From an uncultured Alphaproteobacteria bacterium (lineage in GTDB: Bacteria > Pseudomonadota > Alphaproteobacteria > M2410), in NCBI GenBank assembly GCA_965603015.1, contig CBFDBJ010000003.1:8013-72012 (forward strand): 64,000 bases of DNA, written 5' to 3'. Under the pieces are notes generated by a model. That model was not told the DNA's origin. It made no database searches and was given only the letters and a program-made list of their open reading frames with translations. The translations under genes and the position numbers were made by a program. Positions 21,644 through 31,676 of the stretch are shown piece by piece. Position 1 is the first letter of the stretch. The number at the start of each line of letters is the position of its first letter.

Positions 21644-21672
21644 AGGCCTCGGAGAGATCCGGGGCCTTTTTT
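21644..21672 (+). terminator. rho-independent terminator after acnA
   Basis: aggcctcgg-agagat-ccggggcct followed by tttttt. Confidence 0.65.
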
Positions 21673-21695
21673 CACTGCGATTACATCTACGTGAT

Positions 21696-22694
21696 CTAGA
21701 GGGAATTTTCCCAAGAAATTTCAGGCACTGGATACATGGTATGTAACTTTGCGGTGCTTTCGAAGGAACTCCAGATATTGGCGTTCAGCGGCCGATACTT
21801 CGAGCCATCATTGATAGGTGGATCTCCAATATCAAGAAAATCACAAAAAATCTCTCTTGCGACCGTGATAATTTTGGCTTCAGTCGGAGCCTCCCGAGCG
21901 ACAGTTCCAATATCCATTCGAGCGAAGGGAAAGAGTTTCCCCACCATATAATTCAATATCGCCAGATCATACATCCTTTGCGCCACAGATGTCGCCTCAA
22001 CTTCAATCGGATCTTCGTGGAAGTCCTCCTTCTTGAATTCAAGGCGCGCATTATGCACTTGATAGTGTATGACCATTTCCATCATTACTTGAGCCGTGTC
22101 TTTGTCCATATGCTCAATTGCTGACTTGAGAACACCAATGTCTTCTTTGGGTTGCTGGGGAAGCATACCTTCTCGACCTCCCGCGACAAACGCAATATAA
22201 CTCGTGCACTCTTCCAGATAACTGGCAATTGCGGCCAAGGCATCCGGCATTTGAGCTCTCAAAGACATAGTTCTGCGAAGCGCTACATCCCTGTGTCTTG
22301 CAGTCTCCTCTGAAGCGACTTTTCTTTGCAGCGTAATCTGCCTCTTGATAGTTAGAACCGTCCAGACAGCAGCGATGATCGCCCCCAATGCCCCAACCAG
22401 AGTTTGCCATCTTTCCAAGGTATCCCATAACACATCCCAGGAAACCAAGAACGCGAACTCGAGCCATCCACCAACGATCAATCCAACACCAAAGATCAGA
22501 AGAAGGGCTCGCCTCTTTCTTATCCACCCAATCAGAGAGTTGAGCATGCTGCTGTTCCTTCTGACGAATTTTGCCTTCTTCCAGATATCATCGCCCAGTT
22601 CCGGGATATCGCTGAAGTCGATGTCCCTGTCTTTCACGGCTGCCAGTTCAGAACGTGATTTTTCGGTTGGTGTTTCAGGGTCATTGCTCATCAT
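21696..22694 (-). CDS. hypothetical membrane protein (two TM helices plus ~200-aa cytoplasmic domain), no recognised family
   Basis: Long ORF in a visibly AT-richer stretch. TM segments LLLIFGVGLIVGGWLEFAFLV and LVGALGAIIAAVWTVLTI. The track start at 22712 is GTG; ATG ATG lies at about 22694/22691. Confidence 0.5.
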   Translation of the reverse strand: MMSNDPETPTEKSRSELAAVKDRDIDFSDIPELGDDIWKKAKFVRRNSSMLNSLIGWIRKRRALLLIFGVGLIVGGWLEFAFLVSWDVLWDTLERWQTLVGALGAIIAAVWTVLTIKRQITLQRKVASEETARHRDVALRRTMSLRAQMPDALAAIASYLEECTSYIAFVAGGREGMLPQQPKEDIGVLKSAIEHMDKDTAQVMMEMVIHYQVHNARLEFKKEDFHEDPIEVEATSVAQRMYDLAILNYMVGKLFPFARMDIGTVAREAPTEAKIITVAREIFCDFLDIGDPPINDGSKYRPLNANIWSSFESTAKLHTMYPVPEISWENSL

Positions 22695-22735
22695 AATACG
22701 AGTGTATACCACACTTTCTCCACCATTTTAGATCT

Positions 22736-22821
22736 GTCATCCCCGGGCTTGACCCGGGGATCCAGAGCTTCACCCTCCGAGCCAACCGCTTCTGGATTAC
22801 CGGGTCAAGCCCGGCAATGAC
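22736..22821. repeat. REP-like palindromic element, subfamily A (copy 2)
   Basis: gtcatccccgggcttgacccggggatccag ... ctggattaccgggtcaagcccggcaatgac. Confidence 0.8.
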
Positions 22822-22836
22822 AAAGGGAGAGAGTAT

Positions 22837-23208
22837 ATGGAGAAGAGAACATTTGACGAACGTCTGCACCTCGCCTACCCTCCCCCCATGGATGCCTTTG
22901 ACTTCAAGACCCTGCAGGCCCGCTGTGAGGCGATCTCGGCGCGCTATGCTGAAGCGAACGACTTCGCGCGCGATGCGGACTGGTTTTTGTTGAAGCTGCA
23001 GGAAGAGATGGGCGAGGTGACGCAAGCCTATATGAAGGTCTCGGGGCGCGGACGGGCACATGGCAAATCGCGCGGCGCCCTCAAGCAGGATCTTGCCGAC
23101 GAGGTTGCCGACCTGTTCGGACATCTGCTGCTGTTCTGTGAGCACAATGACATCGACCTGGCACAAGCCTTTGAAGACAAGTGGCTGGTGCATGAGAAAA
23201 ACCTCTGA
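22837..23208 (+). CDS. MazG-like nucleoside triphosphate pyrophosphohydrolase (small single-domain)
   Basis: 123 aa. Carries EExGE-type motif LQEEMGEVTQA and second acidic motif LADEVADLFGHLLLF. RBS GGGAGAGAG precedes the ATG. Confidence 0.65.
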   Translation: MEKRTFDERLHLAYPPPMDAFDFKTLQARCEAISARYAEANDFARDADWFLLKLQEEMGEVTQAYMKVSGRGRAHGKSRGALKQDLADEVADLFGHLLLFCEHNDIDLAQAFEDKWLVHEKNL

Positions 23209-23228
23209 GAGCCGCTCGTCCCCCTCGT

Positions 23229-23354
23229 GTTGTCGTCCTCGGGCCGACCGAAGGGAGGAACCGGGGATCCATACCTGAGAACTGTCACCAAGCGGGATGC
23301 GCGTTCTCGGGTATGGATCCCCGATCAGCGCCCCGGCGCTATCGAGGACGACAT
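23229..23354. repeat. REP-like palindromic element, subfamily C (copy 2)
   Basis: tgttgtcgtcctcgggccgaccgaagggaggaaccggggatccatacc ... gggtatggatccccgatcagcgccccggcgctatcgaggacgacat. Confidence 0.8.
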
Positions 23355-24074
23355 CGCGAGCGGTTGGGAAAACCCATATCGACCGCCGCTTACCGATACA
23401 GCCGGTGGCAGGTGTGAAACCTCAAACAGGTCATGACCTTGCTTGAGGTTTTGCCAGAACTCTTCCCAGTTCTCACCGTCGATCTTCTTCATCGCCTCAT
23501 CTGTCATGCGAAAAGGGAAGATGTGAACGTCAAAGCCTGCCTGGCCGTTGTTCAGGGCGGCTTCCGCCAGGACGTAGATTTTTTCGATACCGAAATTCTT
23601 CATGGCGTAGCAGCCAATGGAAACACAGGATCCGTGGACCATGAGAAAACTGCCCGTGCGCCCGTTGGCGCGGTCAAATGCATTGGGGAAGCCAAGATTG
23701 AAGGAAAGATGATAGCGGCTCGCAGGATTCATTTGTTCGGGCTCCACACGATAGAACCCCTCCGGGGACTGGCCATCGCCCTCAGCCAGCTTCGGACCGA
23801 GACGGCCTGACCAGGTGCAAATCTCGAAGGTTTTAAAGAGACGGTATTGATCGCCATCTCTTAGCCAGACTTCAAGCTCCTTTTCCGTCTTGAAAATTAT
23901 TATGAAGACGGCGCTGCCCATCTTGAGGCCAGCCTTGCCGAGCTCTTCTGCGAGGCCTGGCACCACGCGGGCTCGAACCGCATCAGAGCGCTGCGAGACC
24001 GGAACGGGGTCGGCGAGCGCGGCGGCAGAACTGGTCAGGAGGACCGCCAGAGTAACAAGGTGGACAAACTTCAT
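23325..24074 (-). CDS. L,D-transpeptidase-fold (YkuD/YafK-like) secreted protein
   Basis: Signal peptide MKFVHLVTLAVLLTSSAAALA. Catalytic-type motif FLMVHGSCVSIGCYAM (H-G-x-x-x-S-x-GC). The 3-prime end of the ORF extends into REP-C. Frame taken from the ORF track. Confidence 0.55.
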   Translation of the reverse strand: MKFVHLVTLAVLLTSSAAALADPVPVSQRSDAVRARVVPGLAEELGKAGLKMGSAVFIIIFKTEKELEVWLRDGDQYRLFKTFEICTWSGRLGPKLAEGDGQSPEGFYRVEPEQMNPASRYHLSFNLGFPNAFDRANGRTGSFLMVHGSCVSIGCYAMKNFGIEKIYVLAEAALNNGQAGFDVHIFPFRMTDEAMKKIDGENWEEFWQNLKQGHDLFEVSHLPPAVSVSGGRYGFSQPLAMSSSIAPGR

Positions 24075-24157
24075 ACTCGAGATGCTGCACCATGGATGAG
24101 GCAACTTCAAGGCATGGCCAGGGCTGGTATATGAGAGATACCTCTGACCTCGGGTTT

Positions 24158-24277
24158 GTCATCCCGGACAAGCAAAGCGCGATCCGGGATCTCGGGGCAA
24201 GACGCGGGGGTCAACTCAAATCACAACATGGAGCACCATCTTGCCCTGAGGCCCCGGATCAAGTCCGGGGCGACAAG
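24158..24277. repeat. REP-like palindromic element, subfamily B (copy 3)
   Basis: tgtcatcccggacaagcaaagcgcgatccgggatctcggggcaag ... cttgccctgaggccccggatcaagtccggggcgacaag. Confidence 0.8.
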
Positions 24278-24358
24278 ACTGAATGATAGAGGGTGCGCTT
24301 GACACTACCTGCCGTGCCACTCAAACTCCACGCAAACAAAAACACAGGGAGAGAGTTC

Positions 24359-25378
24359 ATGGCTGATACACGTGCCGAGATGAAGGCCTGGCTGGACCAG
24401 GTTGTTGAGCCGATCATCGATCCGGAGCGCGCCATCATTGATCCGCATCATCATCTTTGGGAGCGGCCGGGCATGTCGCCCTATATGCTGGAGGATCTGT
24501 GGGGCGATACGTCGAGCGGGCACAATATTATCAAGACTATTTTCATGGAATGCGGATCGGCCTATCGCGAGGGCGGGCCGGAGCATCTCAAATGCGTCGG
24601 CGAGACCGAGTTTGTCATGAAGGTTGCCGAGGAGAGCACCCGGCGCGCGGCGCACGGCCATCCGGAAATTGCGGCGATTGTTGGTGCGGCGGATCTGCGC
24701 CTTGAGGGCGATGTTCTGGACGAGGTTCTCGATGCCCAGGTCGAGGCGGGCAAGGGGCGGTTTCGCGGCATTCGTCATGCGCTGGCCTGTGCCCCCGAAG
24801 GCGAACCGATGATGATTGCCGGGCGGGCGCCGAAAGGCCTCAGCGAGGACGCAGGCTTTCGGGCCGGCGTCAAGCGACTTGGCGCGCGCGGTATGACCTA
24901 TGACTCATGGCACTATCACTTCCAGAACCGGGAGTTTGCGGCGCTGGCCCGCGCCTGCCCTGATACCTCCATGGTCATTGACCATTTCGGCACGCCCATC
25001 GGGGTCGGCTCCTTTGCCGAAAAGAGAGACGAAATTTTTGCGGCCTGGCAAGACGATATTGCAGAGGTTGCGGCCTGCGAGAATGTCACGGCCAAGGTTG
25101 GCGGACTGGCGATGCCGGACAACGGCTTTGGCTGGATGGGCCGTGCGGTTCCTCCGACATCGGATGAACTGGTTGAAGCGCAGGGGCGTTATTACACACA
25201 CATCATCGAGTGCTTCGGGCCGCAGCGCTGTATGTTTGAATCCAACTTCCCGGTCGACAAGTTTTCGCTCAGCTATCAGGTCTACTGGAACGGCATGAAG
25301 AAGATCGCGGCGGATTTTTCAGAAGACGAAAAGAACGCGCTGTTCAGCGGGACGGCGGCGCGGATTTACGACATTTAA
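24359..25378 (+). CDS. amidohydrolase-2 (TIM-barrel metal-dependent hydrolase) family protein
   Basis: Start at the ATG after GGGAGAGAG (MADTRAEMKAW...). HHH at IIDPHHHLWE and the pattern DSWHYHFQ...IDHFGTP are typical of PF04909-type amidohydrolases. Confidence 0.7.
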   Translation: MADTRAEMKAWLDQVVEPIIDPERAIIDPHHHLWERPGMSPYMLEDLWGDTSSGHNIIKTIFMECGSAYREGGPEHLKCVGETEFVMKVAEESTRRAAHGHPEIAAIVGAADLRLEGDVLDEVLDAQVEAGKGRFRGIRHALACAPEGEPMMIAGRAPKGLSEDAGFRAGVKRLGARGMTYDSWHYHFQNREFAALARACPDTSMVIDHFGTPIGVGSFAEKRDEIFAAWQDDIAEVAACENVTAKVGGLAMPDNGFGWMGRAVPPTSDELVEAQGRYYTHIIECFGPQRCMFESNFPVDKFSLSYQVYWNGMKKIAADFSEDEKNALFSGTAARIYDI

Positions 25379-25401
25379 CCCTTCCCTCTCACCCCTTCTT
25401 T

Positions 25402-25473
25402 GTCATTACCGGACTTGATCCGGTAATCCAGAAGGCGACGCACTGGATACCCGGGTCAAGCCCGGGCATGACA
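25402..25473. repeat. REP-like palindromic element, subfamily A (copy 3)
   Basis: gtcattaccggacttgatccggtaatccag ... ctggatacccgggtcaagcccgggcatgac. Confidence 0.8.
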
Positions 25474-25507
25474 GAAATTTATATTGGGTGCTGAGTGCAA
25501 TCGGGCC

Positions 25508-25969
25508 CTAGTTTTCCTCGTCGCGGCGTGGCTTGAGGTCGAGGGCGGCGAAGGGCGTCGGGTTATCTTCTGATGCATCAACGACGGCGCGGCCGATGGG
25601 CCAGATGGCGAAACCGGAAAACTTCATGTGCTGCCAGGCGAAGGGGATGCCGATAATGGAAACGGCCAGTCCGAACGCCATGACCAGGTGAGCGATGGCC
25701 AACCAGAACCCGGCAAACAGCAACCAGACGATATTGCCAACAACGCCGAAGCGGCCTGTTCCGATATCGACCTCACCGGTCAGCTCGGACCGGTCGATGA
25801 CCTTGCGGCCAAACGGCCACAAAGCGAAGAGGCCCATGTTGATGGCGGCGCGCGCGAAAGGGATGCCGACAATCGAGATGATCATGATGAGCGCCGAGAC
25901 AAACCACCAGGCCGCAAAGGCGAGGCCGCCGAAGATCAGCCAGAGAATATTCAAAATGATATTGATCAT
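25508..25969 (-). CDS. yccF: YccF-family inner membrane protein (DUF307)
   Basis: Tandem internal repeat ...IVGIPFARAAINMGLFALWPFGRKV... / ...IIGIPFAWQHMKFSGFAIWPIGRAV... is diagnostic of YccF. Start reset to the internal Met (MINIILNILW). Confidence 0.75.
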   Translation of the reverse strand: MINIILNILWLIFGGLAFAAWWFVSALIMIISIVGIPFARAAINMGLFALWPFGRKVIDRSELTGEVDIGTGRFGVVGNIVWLLFAGFWLAIAHLVMAFGLAVSIIGIPFAWQHMKFSGFAIWPIGRAVVDASEDNPTPFAALDLKPRRDEEN

Positions 25970-26089
25970 GCGCTTTCCCCAAGCCGAATTGCTGTGGAAC
26001 TCCAGTAGCTCCGGCTCAAAGGAGCCGAGCACATAATCTAGTTATGCGACAGGCAAAACTCTGCAAAGAGGTTTACATATAATCTGTTT

Positions 26090-27121
26090 CTAGACGGAAA
26101 TATCAGCGAAGCTGCCGGGGCGAATGTCACGCGGAGGATTTGCCTGCGAAGAGGGCTGTGAGGGGGCATGGGCGGCACCAGGCGCGGTAAATTGGGGCGC
26201 TTCCGGCGCTGAGCCGATGCCTGTCCGCTTCTCATCCGTCCCTGTTTGTGGCCCTATTCCAAATCCGACTTCCGGTTTGCCATCTGGCAGTGCCGCGGGC
26301 TGTGCGCCTGTCGGAGCCGCTGGCGCTGTTGTCGCCTCCGGCTTTTCCGCGCCCTCAACGGGTTTTATCTCTTCTGGTGCGCCAGATTTGTCAGCAGGTT
26401 TTTCAGTCGTCTGGTCAGCAGCCTTTTCGGTGCTTTGAGCAAGCAACTCGGCCTGAGCCCGCTGGCTGATGGCATCGGCTGTTGCGGCTACGGAGCGGTC
26501 CTGGCCGGAGGGCTGCGCCGGAGCGTTTGCCGCGGCCTTGACCTGACGCATTTTCTGAATGGTGGCGCCCGGATCTCCTGCGACCGGAGAGACATCGATG
26601 GGAACCTCGCCGCCTACTGCGTAACGCTGGCCATCAGGGCCCTGCTGATACTGATAGGAGGGTGCGCCCGCATGAGCACCGCCGGCAGCGGCGTGTGCCT
26701 GTTCATGGCGGCGGACTTCCTGGTCGCGCGCCTTGAGTTCTCTAACCTGGTCGGTTTCCTCCTCGGACAGCTCGCCCGGAGCGGCTGCCTTTTCGCCTCG
26801 ATGGTCGACCTTCTCGTCAGCCTTCTGGTCAACTTTCTCTTCTGGTGCTTTGGGCTTGATACCCTGGAGCGCCTCGATCCCGTCCATGCCGATCGCCAGA
26901 AGTCCCTGGGGCGGGGCGACAGGACGCGGCGTTTCGGTGGCTGTTGCACTGCGCGCTTCGGGGCCGGTGCCGCGGGCCTGGGGGCCGCCTTGCGGAGCGG
27001 CTGGATCTTTTGACTGGCCCTGGTAAGAGGTGCCGCGCCCGACGCGAGCTTCATCGCCGCCGCGCAGGTCGGACTGCGGGGTCGAGGGAGAACGAACGAA
27101 GGGTGTCAGGGCGCCGATCAT
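26090..27121 (-). CDS. SprA-related family protein (low-complexity P/A/Q-rich protein with conserved ELKARDQEVRRHEQAH...GPDGQRYAVGGEV core)
   Basis: Core motif EEETDQVRELKARDQEVRRHEQAHAAAGGAHAGAPSYQYQQGPDGQRYAVGGEVPIDVSPVAGDPGATIQKMRQV matches, as I recall it, the family annotated as putative metalloprotease CJM1_0395/SprA-related. Flanks are compositionally biased. Confidence 0.5.
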   Translation of the reverse strand: MIGALTPFVRSPSTPQSDLRGGDEARVGRGTSYQGQSKDPAAPQGGPQARGTGPEARSATATETPRPVAPPQGLLAIGMDGIEALQGIKPKAPEEKVDQKADEKVDHRGEKAAAPGELSEEETDQVRELKARDQEVRRHEQAHAAAGGAHAGAPSYQYQQGPDGQRYAVGGEVPIDVSPVAGDPGATIQKMRQVKAAANAPAQPSGQDRSVAATADAISQRAQAELLAQSTEKAADQTTEKPADKSGAPEEIKPVEGAEKPEATTAPAAPTGAQPAALPDGKPEVGFGIGPQTGTDEKRTGIGSAPEAPQFTAPGAAHAPSQPSSQANPPRDIRPGSFADISV

Positions 27122-27193
27122 ATGCACACTCAGGTAATTGCAGGGATGGCAAACCTATCCGGCAAAGCTCAACGGGGTCTGAAGAAATATGGT

Positions 27194-28258
27194 TTAAGAA
27201 ATATTATCCATGTTTTCGGCAAAAAACCGGTCATCTGCAGCATAATTAAAATCTTCGGGATTGATATCCACGAGACATTTCAACTCCCAGGTAACCATGC
27301 GGTCGATGGCGGTTTGGAAATCAACAGGCGCGTTGAACCCCAGCTTTTCCCCGATTTTCAACGCATCGATCTGCAGCATCTGGTTGAAATTGCCGCCTGC
27401 GGCCAGCGCGGCGCGGTTTTCCGGCAGATCGGCGAGCGGCGCGGTGACAATTTTGCCTTGCCAGTTCATTGACGCGGCGATGGCCTCAGCCCAGCCCTTT
27501 TGGGCCAGGGTATTCACATCGGCGACATTGAAGATCTCCCCGCCCGCCGCTTCATGGGTGGCAGCAAGAGCGATCGCGGCGGCAACATTGTCGATGTAGC
27601 CATACGTCGAGATCCAGTTGGCATAGAAGTCGGGAAACAGAATCGCGGGCCGCTCATCAGCCATATGTTTGACCATGTCGCGGAAACGGTGCTGGCGATC
27701 CCCGGGGCCATAAATCATCGGCAGACGCATGACCGTACCTTCAAAATCGAAATCTTCCAGGCAGGCCTTTTCAAGCGGGATCTTGTCGTAGTTGCCGCCG
27801 CCGGAATGATCCATAATCTCGCGGTAGGGATAGAGCTTTTCTCGTAACGGGCCCGTTTCGGATTGAAAACCGGTTATTACGGGACCGGGTTCAACACCCA
27901 GCAGCCGCCCCATGGCGCGGTAGACATCACAGGATGACGCCATCACATAGCGGCGGACCCGGCCGGAGAAGAATGCCATGACCGGCAGATCGTCCTGCGC
28001 CGTCATGGCATAGATATCAATGATTGTTTCGGGGCCGAAATAATTAATCTCAGAGATTGTTTCGGATCCGGTGCGATTATTCTCGTCGGCATATGCGGCC
28101 AGGTCCGTGCGATCTGCCATGATGTGCCGGACGCCCGGAGGCAAGTCTACCGGCTTCTGGCCGCGGGAGAGGACACACAGTTCATGACCCTGGATTGCAA
28201 GGTTATGACAAAGAGGTTTGCCGATAAAGCCGGTGCCGCCTAAAATCAGAATACGCAT
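27194..28258 (-). CDS. NAD-dependent epimerase/dehydratase family protein
   Basis: N-terminal Rossmann motif MRILILGGTGFIGKPL. Size and pattern of the extended SDR family. Confidence 0.8.
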   Translation of the reverse strand: MRILILGGTGFIGKPLCHNLAIQGHELCVLSRGQKPVDLPPGVRHIMADRTDLAAYADENNRTGSETISEINYFGPETIIDIYAMTAQDDLPVMAFFSGRVRRYVMASSCDVYRAMGRLLGVEPGPVITGFQSETGPLREKLYPYREIMDHSGGGNYDKIPLEKACLEDFDFEGTVMRLPMIYGPGDRQHRFRDMVKHMADERPAILFPDFYANWISTYGYIDNVAAAIALAATHEAAGGEIFNVADVNTLAQKGWAEAIAASMNWQGKIVTAPLADLPENRAALAAGGNFNQMLQIDALKIGEKLGFNAPVDFQTAIDRMVTWELKCLVDINPEDFNYAADDRFFAENMDNIS

Positions 28259-28376
28259 GGAGCAATCGCCTCTCTTTGAGTTATTTGGCCGCGTCCGCTG
28301 TTTTTCTTCCCATTCAGGGCAGAATGCCTATAGTGCGCGCGGCTCGACAAGAAGGCCCTGATTAAGGAAAACACCC

Positions 28377-29588
28377 ATGGCACAAGAAGACGTCAAAAAA
28401 GTAGTTCTCGCCTATTCCGGCGGGCTCGATACCTCGATTATCCTGAAATGGCTGCAGGATGAATACAAGTGCGAGGTGGTCACCTTCACCGCCGATCTGG
28501 GCCAGGGCGAGGAGCTGGAGCCGGCGCGCAAAAAGGCCGAACTGCTCGGCATCAAGGAAATCTATATCGAGGATCTGCGCGAGGAGTTCGTGCGCGACTA
28601 TGTCTTCCCGATGTTCCGCGCCAATGCGCTTTACGAAGGGATCTATCTGCTGGGCACCTCGATCGCCCGGCCGCTGATCGCCAAACGCCAGATCGAGATC
28701 GCCCGGGAAACCGGCGCTGACGCCGTGTGTCACGGCGCGACCGGCAAGGGCAACGATCAGATCCGCTTTGAGCTTGGCTATTATGCCCTCGAGCCTGGCA
28801 TCAAGGTTATTGCCCCGTGGCGCGAGTGGGACCTCAACTCCCGCACCAAACTGATCGACTATGCTGAAAAGCACCAGATTCTGGTGCCAAAAGACAAGCG
28901 CGGCGAAGCGCCGTTCTCGGTCGACGCCAACCTTCTGCACACCTCGTCGGAAGGCAAGGTTCTGGAAAACCCCGCCGATATCGCGCCGGAGTATCTTTAT
29001 CAGCGGTCGGTGTCGCCGGAGGCCGCACCCGACACGCCAACGATCATCGAAATCGGATTTGAGTCAGGTGACGCCGTCTCCATAGATGGCAAGACGCTCT
29101 CTCCGGCGCAGCTCCTCACCAGACTCAACGAACTGGGCGGGGCCAACGGTATCGGCCGCATCGATATTGTGGAAAATCGCTTCGTTGGCATGAAGTCCCG
29201 CGGCGTCTATGAGACCCCCGGCGGGACCATTCTTCTTGCCGCGCACCGGGGCATCGAGACCCTCACCCTCGACCGCGGCGCAGCTCACCTGAAAGACGAA
29301 ATCATGCCGCGCTATGCAGAGCTGATCTACAACGGGTTCTGGTTTGCGCCGGAACGCGAAATGCTCCAGGCGTTGATCGACAAGTCCCAGGAGCACGTCA
29401 CCGGCAGCGTCACCGTCAAGCTTTACAAGGGCAACGTGGATGTGATTGCACGCACGTCGCCCAATTCTCTGTACTCGGAAGAGCATGTCACGTTTGAAGA
29501 AGACACCGTCTACGACCAGCGCGATGCGGAAGGGTTCATCAAATTGAACGCTCTCAGACTGCGCCTTGCCGCGAAGCGGAATCGTTAA
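28377..29588 (+). CDS. argG: argininosuccinate synthase
   Basis: [12 protein letters not shown]-binding motif. 403 aa, type 1 ArgG. Confidence 0.95.
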   Translation: MAQEDVKKVVLAYSGGLDTSIILKWLQDEYKCEVVTFTADLGQGEELEPARKKAELLGIKEIYIEDLREEFVRDYVFPMFRANALYEGIYLLGTSIARPLIAKRQIEIARETGADAVCHGATGKGNDQIRFELGYYALEPGIKVIAPWREWDLNSRTKLIDYAEKHQILVPKDKRGEAPFSVDANLLHTSSEGKVLENPADIAPEYLYQRSVSPEAAPDTPTIIEIGFESGDAVSIDGKTLSPAQLLTRLNELGGANGIGRIDIVENRFVGMKSRGVYETPGGTILLAAHRGIETLTLDRGAAHLKDEIMPRYAELIYNGFWFAPEREMLQALIDKSQEHVTGSVTVKLYKGNVDVIARTSPNSLYSEEHVTFEEDTVYDQRDAEGFIKLNALRLRLAAKRNR

Positions 29589-29706
29589 CCATGGGCTTGC
29601 GCCCATAGCCTTTCAAAGTTGTTGATGTTGCGACCAAATGTCGCTACCTTTCACCTCATCATCCGGGGCCATTTACGGCCGCTTCGGGGTGCAAGGGAGT
29701 TGACGT

Positions 29707-31605
29707 GTGAGGGGCGAGCCAATCTCGGATGTTGCGGTGAAACCGCTGTCCATACGGCGCACCATACGGCTCGCCTTGGCGGCCTATGTCTCCTTCATCA
29801 TTACGGTTTTCGCAATCCTGCTGTTTGGCGTCAGGTACGCGCCGTTGACCTCGCTTGCGATTTTTGGTTGCGTGCTTGTTGCCGCGTCGCTGACGCTCTC
29901 CTGGTTCGTGCTCTACACCTTTCGCCAGCCCGTCCGGGAACTCCTTGAGCGCTCTCGTGGCCTGTCCGAAGCCGGAGAGCCGGAAAATCCCGGCGGCGGA
30001 GACTTCCATCATCTGGCCAGCGCCTTCGATGAGATTTCAGGCCGTCTTGTTGACACCCGGGAAACTCTGGTCAAGGAAGAGAGCCGCACGCGCGCTCTTC
30101 TGGAAAACACGGTCGATGCCATTGTGTCAACCGATGCCGGCGGCGCCATCCTGACCGCTAATGCCGCGACCAAAAAGCTCTTTGGTCATGACCCTGACAA
30201 TCTGATCGGCATGAATGTCCGCACACTGGCGGGCGGCATGGACCGCCTCCATCATGATCAGTATATACAAAGTCATCTGGAGAGCGGCGAAAAGCGGATC
30301 ATCGGGCGGCCGCGTGAAGTCCTTGGTCAACGTGCTGACGGGACGACCTTTCCGGTCGATCTGTCGGTTGCCCGCATGCAGATCGAAGGCGAGGTTATCT
30401 TCATCGGCGTGATGCGGGACCTGACCGACCGTGTCGCCCTTGAAGAACAGTTGCGCCAGGCGCAAAAAATGGAAGCGGTCGGGCAACTGACCGGCGGCGT
30501 GGCGCACGACTTTAACAATCTTCTGGCCGTGGTTCAGGGTAACCTGGAAATGCTGCGCAGCGATATGCAGAGCGATGGCCCGCTCAATCGCGAGGAACTT
30601 CTCGAGCTGTGCACCGAATCCCTGCATGCCGCAAAGCGCGGTGCTGACCTGACACAGGGCCTGCTCGCGTTCTCGCGCAAGCAGACGCTCAAGCCCGAAC
30701 TCTTCGATGTCAATGAAGCCATCGACCGCATGGAAAACCTTCTGCGCCGCACACTGGGCGAGACGATCGACCTCAAAATTGCAAAGAAGGTGGGCGGCTG
30801 GCAGGTCAAGGCAGATCCGGCGCAGCTTGAAAGTGCGATCCTCAACCTTGCCGTCAATGCCAATGACGCCATGGGTCATGTCGGCACGTTGACGATTGAG
30901 ACAACTGACACGACCCTTGATGAACATTACGCCGCGACCCACGAAGAGGTCGAACCGGGTGAGTATGTTCTTATCGCGGTCAGCGACAACGGACCGGGCA
31001 TATCAGAAACGGTTCTCAAACGGGTGCTTGAGCCCTTCTTCACGACCAAGGAAGTTGGCGAGGGCAGCGGCCTTGGCCTTTCCATGATCTATGGCTATGC
31101 CAAACAATCGCGCGGTCACCTCAGTATTTATAGCGAAGAAGGCGTTGGAACGACGGTCAAGCTCTACCTGCCGCGATCATTGTCGAAGAACGAGGCCGCT
31201 GCAGAATTTGAAGCCGGGGAAGCCAATGTAGACGGCAGCGAGGTTATCCTGGTGGTCGAGGATGACGAGGCGCTGCGCCGCACGGTCACGCGCATCCTGA
31301 AGCGAAAGGGATATGAGGTTCTGGTCGCCCAAGACGGGCCCGACGCGCTCCTCCAGCTGGATACCGCCGACCATATTGACCTCATTTTGTCAGACGTCAT
31401 CCTGCCCGGCGGCATGACCGGCCCCGCGCTTATAGCAGAGGCTCAAAGAACGCACAGCGGGATCAAGACCATCCTTATGTCAGGCTATACCAAGGAAGCC
31501 ATCATGCACCGCGGCGACATCTCCGAAGATGTCCGCCTGATCCACAAACCGTTCTCGCCGCAGGACCTGGGCGTCGCTCTGAGGGAAATTTTGGGGGAGC
31601 GGTGA
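29707..31605 (+). CDS. hybrid sensor histidine kinase/response regulator (TM - PAS - HisKA - HATPase_c - REC)
   Basis: Two N-terminal TM helices and a PAS region. H-box [20 protein letters not shown]-boxes. C-terminal receiver [11 protein letters not shown]...[15 protein letters not shown]. The start is GTG in the track. Confidence 0.85.
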   Translation: MRGEPISDVAVKPLSIRRTIRLALAAYVSFIITVFAILLFGVRYAPLTSLAIFGCVLVAASLTLSWFVLYTFRQPVRELLERSRGLSEAGEPENPGGGDFHHLASAFDEISGRLVDTRETLVKEESRTRALLENTVDAIVSTDAGGAILTANAATKKLFGHDPDNLIGMNVRTLAGGMDRLHHDQYIQSHLESGEKRIIGRPREVLGQRADGTTFPVDLSVARMQIEGEVIFIGVMRDLTDRVALEEQLRQAQKMEAVGQLTGGVAHDFNNLLAVVQGNLEMLRSDMQSDGPLNREELLELCTESLHAAKRGADLTQGLLAFSRKQTLKPELFDVNEAIDRMENLLRRTLGETIDLKIAKKVGGWQVKADPAQLESAILNLAVNANDAMGHVGTLTIETTDTTLDEHYAATHEEVEPGEYVLIAVSDNGPGISETVLKRVLEPFFTTKEVGEGSGLGLSMIYGYAKQSRGHLSIYSEEGVGTTVKLYLPRSLSKNEAAAEFEAGEANVDGSEVILVVEDDEALRRTVTRILKRKGYEVLVAQDGPDALLQLDTADHIDLILSDVILPGGMTGPALIAEAQRTHSGIKTILMSGYTKEAIMHRGDISEDVRLIHKPFSPQDLGVALREILGER

Positions 31606-31676
31606 TTTTTGCAATGTGTCGCCCTGAAGCACTGTCTTCTGCGGCCAAATATCAACCGATGGAGACTTGGGGGCCG

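Noticed and set aside
26246-27013. 255-aa + strand ORF opposite the SprA-related gene
   Set aside because: Cys/Arg-rich antisense translation of a low-complexity region. The - strand carries the conserved family core.
30127-30942. 271-aa - strand ORF inside the hybrid histidine kinase
   Set aside because: Antisense to clear HisKA/HATPase motifs.
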